Below are positions 56,978 through 64,000 of a stretch of DNA of 64,000 nucleotides, piece after piece. The position numbers and the translations under genes were made by a program. Source of the stretch: Klebsiella pneumoniae (GTDB taxonomy: Bacteria; Myxococcota_A; UBA796; SXON01). The notes under the pieces were generated by a model. It saw nothing but the letters and a program-made list of their open reading frames with translations, was not told the DNA's origin and did no database searches. How positions within the stretch are numbered: the first letter of the stretch is position 1; each line of letters starts with the position of its first letter. The DNA is taken from assembly GCA_945861635.1 (NCBI GenBank), contig CAMAWH010000027.1:1-64000 (forward strand), read 5' to 3'.

Positions 56978-58419
56978 TCGATGTCGTCCTCGGGCGGAGT
57001 GGGTGGCGGGGCCGGGGGCGGGGGAGTGACGACGGCGCCGGATTCACCGCTCCACGGAAGCGTAATCGTCGATGGCAGGTCTGGCACGGTATCGCCGGGC
57101 TCAAGCAAGCGAACGATGCGGAAAACCACGCGGCGGTTGGCTGCCAGCTCCGTTTCCGTTTCGCCCGATCCGGCGGGCTCCACCTCCCCCATCCCCTGAA
57201 AGCTGATCCGATCCGGATGGACGCCGGAGCGCACCAGCGCCTCCCATACGGCGCGTGCGCGGCGGCCCGACAGATCGTAATTATAGAGGTAGCTGCCCTC
57301 ATCACTGGCGTGCCCCTGAATGACAACGTGCAGAATGCGGCCGTCCGTGCGTAACAGCGCAGCAACGGCCCGCAGCGTCAGCTCGGACTCTGTCAGCACA
57401 CGCTCCGTGGCGAACTCGAACTGGATGGGATCGCGAATCGTGATCTCCTTTTTCTCGACGCGCGCCAACTCGCCTTCCTTCCAGACCGCAACGCGCTGCG
57501 GCGGCGGAGGCGGCGTGAGCACGATCACGATGTCGTCGTCCGGGATCTGCGCCTCCACGGCCCGGGGCGCCTGCGCGACGAGCGGACGCCGCACGCCTAC
57601 CAACCAGCCCACAGCCACCAGGCCCCGTGCCGTCGGCGCGCCGACACCGCCCGACACACCCACGCCGGCACCCACGCCAACATCCACGCCCGCACCGGGA
57701 TGACCCGCCAGTCCGGCCAACAACTCAATCGTCCGCGTCGCGAGCTGATCAGGACGGGCAACCCCCACGCCAACCAGCGCGGCATAGTCCAGCTCGAAGC
57801 GATTCGGAACCAGAGAAACCCGCGCGTGCAGCCCTGCGCGAACGTCACTGGAAGACGTCCATTGGACGCCGGAATCCTCCGTGGGGCGCGCGAGGTACGC
57901 CAGATCCAGCGTCGTCGTAAGGCGGCCGACCTTCGCATCTCCCACGAGGCCGACGGATGGCCGCACCCAGGGCTCACTCGTCCACGTATTACGGGTGCCG
58001 GTCGGCCACGCCGCCTCCACGCGCACGGCGCCGCCAAACGTGCGGGTACGCAAGAAACGCGCGCGGAGGGCCGTCCCCAGATCGCCTACACCGAGTCCAT
58101 CGGCGCCGTAGGGCGTGTCATCCGACCCAAAGTTGAGTGCGCCGGGAAACACGACGCTTGCCCCCAACCAACGCGTCACGCCGACATCGGCCACCAGTGC
58201 CACAGCCAACCGCCGGCCCACCACAGCGCCGTCGTAGCCGCCCTGATGGAAATAGACCACGGGCTCATGTTCGTACTGCACGAGACTACTGACGCGGACG
58301 CGGCCAACCGCCGGCGCGGACGTCGAGTCCACCCCAGCAAAACCGTCGGGCCCGCCTCGGGGGCGAACCAACTCCACATCCGTGTCCCGCGGGTCCGGCA
58401 ATTCGGCGTGCACCGTCAT
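56974..58419 (-). CDS. OmpA-family protein: N-terminal beta-barrel-like region, Pro-rich linker and C-terminal OmpA/MotB peptidoglycan-binding domain.
   Basis: NYDLSGRRARAVWEALVRSGVHPDRISFQGMGEVEP..NRRVVFRIV is the OmpA_C signature. Its 3' end overlaps the TSP3 gene by 4 nt. Confidence 0.75.
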   Translation of the reverse strand: MTVHAELPDPRDTDVELVRPRGGPDGFAGVDSTSAPAVGRVRVSSLVQYEHEPVVYFHQGGYDGAVVGRRLAVALVADVGVTRWLGASVVFPGALNFGSDDTPYGADGLGVGDLGTALRARFLRTRTFGGAVRVEAAWPTGTRNTWTSEPWVRPSVGLVGDAKVGRLTTTLDLAYLARPTEDSGVQWTSSSDVRAGLHARVSLVPNRFELDYAALVGVGVARPDQLATRTIELLAGLAGHPGAGVDVGVGAGVGVSGGVGAPTARGLVAVGWLVGVRRPLVAQAPRAVEAQIPDDDIVIVLTPPPPPQRVAVWKEGELARVEKKEITIRDPIQFEFATERVLTESELTLRAVAALLRTDGRILHVVIQGHASDEGSYLYNYDLSGRRARAVWEALVRSGVHPDRISFQGMGEVEPAGSGETETELAANRRVVFRIVRLLEPGDTVPDLPSTITLPWSGESGAVVTPPPPAPPPTPPEDDIE

Positions 58420-58508
58420 CGACAGCGCGAGCCAGATTCCCGAGTAAATGCGGCGATGCTATCCTGTCGAGGCCGCGGCGTTGGCACCGCCGCATCGGAG
58501 CGATCGGG

Positions 58509-59102
58509 ATGCCGCTGATTCTCACTCTCTTGACGCAGCTCGCGCGCGCGGAAGACGCGGCGCCGACCCCGCCGGAGCCGCCCGTTTCCGCAGCCCGCAT
58601 GGCGCGTGCGAACGCCGAACGCGTCGAGGCGCTCACGCTGACGCGCACGACCGACCACCCCTGGGCCGTGCACGACGGAAAGGGAGCTACCATCGATCTC
58701 CGAACGTGGGCGGCCCTGACCGGAGACACGCTGCCGCTTACGACGGCGGTCAACCGGCGGGGAGCCGCGACGGGGTGGCCCGTTCGCATTCTTGGCATCA
58801 CCGTGGCGGGGGCAGGGCTCGCGCCCGCGCTCATCGCCTACCCGCCCAGTTCCGAAGGCCCGGGCAGCGTCGCGTGGCAAGAGAACACGACGCGGAACGA
58901 CGCATTGACGGCGCTCGGCTTCGCGCTGGTCGGCACGGGCGTGGCATTGGTGGCGGTTTCGCTGACGAATGCGGGATCCGCCGACCCCGATGCGCCACTG
59001 TATCGATATCGCACGGGCGCGGAGGTAGACGCCGCGATCAGCGTCTACAATGCACGGTTGCGCGCGGAATTCGGTGGGCCGGGGGTCGGGGCGGTGAACT
59101 AG
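58509..59102 (+). CDS. Hypothetical secreted or membrane protein.
   Basis: Signal MPLILTLLTQLARAEDA. Internal TM-like stretch LTALGFALVGTGVALVAVSL. Confidence 0.35.
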   Translation: MPLILTLLTQLARAEDAAPTPPEPPVSAARMARANAERVEALTLTRTTDHPWAVHDGKGATIDLRTWAALTGDTLPLTTAVNRRGAATGWPVRILGITVAGAGLAPALIAYPPSSEGPGSVAWQENTTRNDALTALGFALVGTGVALVAVSLTNAGSADPDAPLYRYRTGAEVDAAISVYNARLRAEFGGPGVGAVN

Positions 59103-59105
59103 GTC

Positions 59106-60173
59106 GTGGTACGCCCCGCTCCCCACCGTGGGCGACTCAGACTCGCCGCCCTTGCGATCATCGCGCTTGCGGGAGCGCTGACGCTTACGCTGACACTCTC
59201 GTCGCGACGACTCGACCCGTTGCCGAGCACCCAAGCGCGCCTGACCGGACTCACCACACTGCAGGCGCGCCAGGTGGAGCAAGCGGCCGCCCCGCTCGCG
59301 CGCGATTGTATAGAAGGCGCTCTCGCTATCGTGGTGAACGGGAAGGTCGCCTACACCAACGGGTGGGGTCGAAAACGCGCCATCACACACCGATACCAGT
59401 GGGGATCGGTATCCAAGGTGGTAACGGCGCTGATTGCGATGCGTCTGGCCGAAGACGGAAAATTGAACCTCGATCAACCGATCTGGGAAATCGCCAGCCG
59501 CTACGAGGTGCTGATGCCCGCGGCCCGGCGGACGACTCCGCTCACGACCCGGCACCTGCTCACCCACACCGGCGGCGTCACCCGCCAGAAATTTCGCGAC
59601 AGCGCCAAGATGTTCTTGAAATCACGGGGGAAGTACCGGTACTCGTCGAACGGGTATGGCGTCATCGGAGGCGTGCTTCGCGCCGCCTCGGGCCAGACCT
59701 ACCCCGGGCTGGTGACCACATTCATCAATGACCGCCTTGTGGGCACGCGCATCACCGCAGCGCGCGACTCCTTCATCGCCCCGGCGGCGTGGGTCGTCAG
59801 CAACATTTCCGACCTTGGTTCGTTCGCGGTCGGCGTGCTCGATCATCGCTTCGTCAGCCCGGAAACGGCGCAGGAAATGGCGACGCGGCACGTCAAGATG
59901 CCTTCGTCCGAGGGCGACGATAGCGCGTTTGCTCGAGCGTTCGCCTACGGGGTCGGGTCGCGACCCGATGCGTACGGCTACGGTCTCGAAATCGCGGGCC
60001 CCGTGCACGCGCCGATCATCGCCCATTCGGGGAAGAACGGTGCAAAAAGGGCGTTCCTGTACCTCCGGACCGAGCAGCGGAGCGGCGTGGTCGGGTTCTG
60101 CACCTCACGGACCAAAAACGGCCCTGTACCGTGGTGGTCCGTGACGGATGCGGTGCTCGCGGGGCTCGATTAG
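59106..60173 (+). CDS. Serine hydrolase of the beta-lactamase / PBP (class C-like) family.
   Basis: Signal and TM helix. WGSVSKVVTALIAMRL contains the S-x-x-K active-site motif. YSSNGYGVIGGVL (YxN-like). HSGKNG (KTG-like triad region). Confidence 0.65.
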   Translation: MVRPAPHRGRLRLAALAIIALAGALTLTLTLSSRRLDPLPSTQARLTGLTTLQARQVEQAAAPLARDCIEGALAIVVNGKVAYTNGWGRKRAITHRYQWGSVSKVVTALIAMRLAEDGKLNLDQPIWEIASRYEVLMPAARRTTPLTTRHLLTHTGGVTRQKFRDSAKMFLKSRGKYRYSSNGYGVIGGVLRAASGQTYPGLVTTFINDRLVGTRITAARDSFIAPAAWVVSNISDLGSFAVGVLDHRFVSPETAQEMATRHVKMPSSEGDDSAFARAFAYGVGSRPDAYGYGLEIAGPVHAPIIAHSGKNGAKRAFLYLRTEQRSGVVGFCTSRTKNGPVPWWSVTDAVLAGLD

Positions 60174-60181
60174 GGGGCCAC

Positions 60182-62029
60182 ATGCGCACCTTCCTTCCGC
60201 CGTCTGCCGTTCGCGCCTTCGTCCCGGCTGTCCTGGCCCTCGCCTCGCTCACCGCTGGCTGCGTCGCGCCCGAAGGGGGCGCCGACTCTCCAGCGTCGGG
60301 CAACCCCGGTGCGCCCTCCCATCACCCGATCCCCAGTGTAGGACGCCGGCAGATCCGCGATGCGGCGTCGCTCGCGCGCACCACGGACCCCGCCCGCAGC
60401 GCCATCGGTGTGACGTACGACGGCGCCACCGGCGAGACGACGAAGGACGCGCCGTTGCCCCACTCCACGATTCCGGCGCTCGCATCGCCCGACGTAACGG
60501 GATTCGAGGTTCCGCGTCCGCCTCCCCCGCCGGCCAAACGGGGCGCCGACGACGCCCGGACCGTGGCGGACTCGACGACCTGGCCGGCGTCGGCGGCGGT
60601 CAGTCTGGTCGTCATCTACGACGAGGACCCCACCAACTCGTACTCCTGCTCGGGGGCGCTGATTGGCGCGCACCACGTGCTGACCGCCGGGCACTGCATC
60701 TACGATGTGGACGAGGGGTGGGGATGGGCCGACGAAATTTGGGTCATTCCGGGACGCAACCCAAGTGAGTGGTTCTATTGGTACGCCTACATGGTGGACC
60801 TGCACTCCTACAGTGGATGGACGGACGAGAGTGACTACGACTACGACATCGGCGTCATCACGCTCGACCGAAATATCGGGGAGTATACAGGTTGGTACGA
60901 CACATGGTACGATTCCACCAGCAGTGACTACATCGGCCTCGACATGGAAATGTACCACTATCCGGCGGACGCCTTTGGGGACGGCGAAACGCTGTACCAC
61001 AGTGAAGACGAAATCACGGATGCCGACAGTCTCAGCATCCGCCATCAATTGGACATGACGGGCGGGTCCAGCGGCGGCAACCTGTGGGTAGACGATGATG
61101 GAGATGGTACGCCGGAAGTTGCGGCGGTCAACTCCTGGGCGGTGGCGGATGGGAGTGACGACAATGGCGGGCCACGGCTCTCCAGTACACGAATCGCCAA
61201 CCTCAACGCGTGGATCGCCGACGACGACGAGCCCACCGACCTGGCCGACCTGGCCGACGCGGGCGCGGACGTCGGCGATAAGTGGCTGAAGACCGGCGAT
61301 ATGCTGACCCCGGACGCCTACGTTTACAATCTTGGCACCGCGGCAACGGGGAGCTACTCGCTCAAGGCCTACCTGTCCGACGACGATGAGATCACCAGTC
61401 GCGACCTCCTTGTCGGCACAAGCACGCTCACTTCCATCGGCGGGCTCGAATACGCGTCGGAGAGCCTCACGTTTGACCTGCCCGATGACGCGTGGAGCGG
61501 GAAGTATCATCTCGGGTGGCTGCTCGACCCTTCCGACAAGATCGCGGAGTTCGACGAGGATAACAACACGGTGCTCGCGGGAGAGGTCACCGTCAACCGT
61601 GACGTCGACGGAGACGGGGAGGATGACGATCAATTCGGTGGAGACGACTGCGACGACGACGACGACGACACCTACCCGGGCGCCGCGGAGACATGCGACG
61701 GAAGTGACAACGACTGCGATGGCAAGGTCGACGAAGGCTGCCCCGAAGCAGGCGACGCCGACACCGATTCGGACAGTGACAGTGATGCCGACAGCGATGC
61801 GGACTCCGACGCCGACTCGGATGCGGACTCCGACGCCGATTCCGACGGGGACGCGGACGGGGACGCCGATGCCGATTCCGAGCTTGGAGGCGACGACGGC
61901 GACGACGAAAAGAACCCGGGCCTGCTCGGCGCGTGCGGCTGCGCCACGGGAGCGCCTACCGGCGGCGGGGTGCTGGCCGTAGCGGCGCTTGCCGGAATGC
62001 TGCTCCGTCGCCGACGTCGACACGTGTAA
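60182..62029 (+). CDS. Trypsin-like (S1) serine protease lipoprotein with a beta-rich middle domain, MopE-type motif, (DSDADS)n acidic repeat and MYXO-CTERM tail.
   Basis: LTAGC lipobox. LTAGHC (catalytic His), DYDIGVITL (Asp), TGGSSGG (Ser). CDDDDDDTYPGAAETCDGSDNDCDG. DSDSDADSDADSDADSDADS. GACGCATGAP..LAVAALAGMLLRRRRRHV. Confidence 0.75.
   Translation: MRTFLPPSAVRAFVPAVLALASLTAGCVAPEGGADSPASGNPGAPSHHPIPSVGRRQIRDAASLARTTDPARSAIGVTYDGATGETTKDAPLPHSTIPALASPDVTGFEVPRPPPPPAKRGADDARTVADSTTWPASAAVSLVVIYDEDPTNSYSCSGALIGAHHVLTAGHCIYDVDEGWGWADEIWVIPGRNPSEWFYWYAYMVDLHSYSGWTDESDYDYDIGVITLDRNIGEYTGWYDTWYDSTSSDYIGLDMEMYHYPADAFGDGETLYHSEDEITDADSLSIRHQLDMTGGSSGGNLWVDDDGDGTPEVAAVNSWAVADGSDDNGGPRLSSTRIANLNAWIADDDEPTDLADLADAGADVGDKWLKTGDMLTPDAYVYNLGTAATGSYSLKAYLSDDDEITSRDLLVGTSTLTSIGGLEYASESLTFDLPDDAWSGKYHLGWLLDPSDKIAEFDEDNNTVLAGEVTVNRDVDGDGEDDDQFGGDDCDDDDDDTYPGAAETCDGSDNDCDGKVDEGCPEAGDADTDSDSDSDADSDADSDADSDADSDADSDGDADGDADADSELGGDDGDDEKNPGLLGACGCATGAPTGGGVLAVAALAGMLLRRRRRHV
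61753..61885. repeat. Hexanucleotide tandem repeat (gacagt / gatgcc / gactcc / gacgcc) inside the CDS, encoding DSDADS repeats.
   Basis: Direct inspection of 61753..61885. Confidence 0.8.
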
Positions 62030-62074
62030 GCCCCGCGGCTCGCCCGGCGTTCCAACCGCGAACCCCGAGAGCCC

Positions 62075-62962
62075 ATGTTCGCACTCATCGCCGCCCTCTT
62101 CCATCCCCACGTTCCCGACACGGCCGTCCGCGCCACACTTGGGGATGGACAGATCCTCATGGGAGAGGTGCGAACCAAGACGCTTCGCTTGGAGGGCGGG
62201 GCGGGGCTCCTGGAGATCCCGCTGGCCGACGTCGGCGAGGTTGTGCCCGCCGAAGGGGGGGAGTTGGGCGATGCCCACGGCTACGTCAACGTCTGGCTGC
62301 GCAACGGAAGTGAGCTGCGCGGGAAATGGGCGGACCCGGAGTTGGATTTGGCCATCCTCGTCGGCGGCGCGAGCGTCGGGGTCAAACTGCCGATGGACGA
62401 CCTGACGCGCTTTCAGTTGCAGGGCGCTGAACGCTGGCCGCAAGGCGAGGTTTACCGCATGCGCACCTCCTTCGGTGATGACTTCCTCGTGGACCCCGCA
62501 CGCACCCACCTCGCGCTCGACAACCACCTCGGCAGCTTCGAGCCGCTTTTGTCAGAGTGTCGAAGCATCGCCCCCCTCGGCGACCCAACGGGAGAGTGGC
62601 GCGTGGAGCTACAGACCGGCACCGTGCTCGTCGGCCACATGCGGAATGACGTGGTCACCGTCGCGCTTCCGATGGGCCCGGAGAGCGTGTCTGTGCCCCT
62701 GGCGCACTTCGTTTCCCTGCGCGTGGAGAACTGGGGGCAGCCCCTCGTGCCCAGCGCTCCGCCCTACCAACCCGATGGACGCGACGATTCGCCCAAGGAC
62801 GGCGGTGTGAGTTGGAGTGAGGCGGCGCCGGGACGGCAGATGACGGACCGAGGGAGCGCCGAGGAGCTTCCGGAACCGCAACAGGCGTCGCCTGCGCAAG
62901 CGGTCGGTGCCCGCTGGTTTGACAGTGGCGCGCTGAAGGGGATGAAGCGCGCACAAGAATAG
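62075..62962 (+). CDS. Hypothetical protein.
   Basis: 295-aa ORF with a hydrophobic N-terminus MFALIAALF and non-repetitive composition. Confidence 0.4.
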   Translation: MFALIAALFHPHVPDTAVRATLGDGQILMGEVRTKTLRLEGGAGLLEIPLADVGEVVPAEGGELGDAHGYVNVWLRNGSELRGKWADPELDLAILVGGASVGVKLPMDDLTRFQLQGAERWPQGEVYRMRTSFGDDFLVDPARTHLALDNHLGSFEPLLSECRSIAPLGDPTGEWRVELQTGTVLVGHMRNDVVTVALPMGPESVSVPLAHFVSLRVENWGQPLVPSAPPYQPDGRDDSPKDGGVSWSEAAPGRQMTDRGSAEELPEPQQASPAQAVGARWFDSGALKGMKRAQE

Positions 62963-63085
62963 GAGAGAGAGAGAAAAAGCAATTTCGAACGCCTACCTGC
63001 TCTTGCCGCACCGTGACCACGCGTAGTTGACCCCGAAATCCCGGACACTTCTGTCCGGCTCGTGGTGAGCGCGCGTGAGGTCAGG

Positions 63086-64000
63086 ATGGGAACCAGACAT
63101 CAGCGGTCGTACACGGACGACGAGAGGAAAGCGGCAATCCAGCGCGCGGGTGAGGTCGGACCAGCACAGGCGGGCGCCGATCTGGGCATCCCGAAACCGA
63201 CGGTGGCGCACTGGGCAGGCGAAGCGAGGCAAATTCCTGCGCCGCCGCCGCCCACGGGGACGGTCACGCCCACCGCAAGTCCGGAACCGGCGGCACCGGC
63301 GGCCCCCATCCCGTCGCCACGACGACCCCGCGTCGCGAAGGTCTACACCCCGTCGCAAATCGCGCTAGCGTTGGAGCGCGTCGCGGCCATCGGCGTGCGC
63401 CCGGCGGCGAAGGAACTGGGGATCTCGCGCACGACGATTCGCGATTGGGAGCGGAAAGTGGAGAAAGCCGCGAAGGGCGAGGGCCCCGCACCGACCAGCG
63501 GACCGGACCCCAAGACCGTCGAAGAGCGTCGTGACGTAGCGATCCTCGGGGAGTGGCGGAAGCAGCAGGGACTCGGCCCCTCGCAGATCCGCAACCAACT
63601 CCGCCGGGCAGGCATCAAGGTGTCGGTGCATACGGTGCGCCGAGTCATGGAGGACGCGGGCTATCGGCCTCCCAAGGTTGAACGCCGAGAGCACACGGGA
63701 GAGTACGAAGCCATCCGCCCCGGCCAGCTCTGGCACATGGATTTCCTGCATCGGTACGTTCACGGGCAGAAGGTGTTTGTGTTGGCGTTGATCGACGACT
63801 ACTCGCGGTACGTCACCGGCTGGGCGCTCGACGATGCCGAGCGTGCCGACGCGGTCATCACCGCGTTCGAGGGCGCGGTTGGACGCCACGGCAAACCCGA
63901 GGTGGTCATGAGTGACGGCGGCTCGGCCTTCTGGTCGTGGAAGGGGTCGAGCCGCTTCACGCGGGTGCTGGAGGAGTACGGGGTCGATCAATTGATCGCC
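63086..64000 (+). mobile_element. IS481-family-like transposase gene (two N-terminal HTH motifs and an rve/DDE integrase core). The 3' end lies beyond the window.
   Basis: The frame stays open from ATG 63086 to the window end (305 codons). ERKAAIQRAGEVGPAQAGADLGIPKPTVAHW and LERVAAIGVRPAAKELGISRTTIRDW (HTH). GQLWHMDF and LALIDDYSRY..VVMSDGGSAF are the first two acidic residues of the DDE triad in the rve fold. Confidence 0.7.

Overview
This 64-kb window is about 70% GC and coding-dense. Three proteins end in a MYXO-CTERM-type tail (GCGCA, hydrophobic helix, RRRR). Together with several FGE-sulfatase (SUMF1-like) domain lipoproteins, one of them paired with a Ser/Thr kinase, MopE-type Cys-rich metal-binding repeats and a TerB-FHA-ABC fusion, this points to a Myxococcota (myxobacterial) chromosome. 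I call about 48 protein genes, most of them secreted proteins or lipoproteins. No rRNA, tRNA or CRISPR was found. Recognisable housekeeping genes are xthA, sucA (without sucB), two cyclophilins, a DUF47/PiT phosphate-transporter pair and three class-I methyltransferases. Objects worth a second look: (1) a five-gene minus-strand envelope operon at 50.6-58.4 kb whose last gene is a predicted c-di-GMP-binding (MshEN motif) pseudo-ATPase of the GspE/PilB family fused to a receiver domain; (2) an orphan CysO/MoaD-type GG-terminated sulfur-carrier or ubiquitin-like gene, start-stop overlapped with a BNR beta-propeller gene that carries a frameshift inside a (GC)5 run; (3) a 41-bp element present twice 19.7 kb apart in inverted orientation, plus a partial third copy, one copy lying in an HNH-endonuclease (DUF222, REP13E12-like) remnant and another abutting the sucA start; (4) a flotillin with four tandem repeats apparently inserted into its SPFH domain; (5) tandem flavin amine-oxidase-family genes; (6) methyltransferases fused to a PqqD/RRE-like domain and to a cNMP-binding domain; (7) three lipoproteins with hexanucleotide-encoded acidic (DADADT, DADSDT, DSDADS) tandem repeats; (8) an IS481-like transposase truncated by the window end. 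Starts are approximate, and all domain calls come from motif recognition by eye, not database searches.
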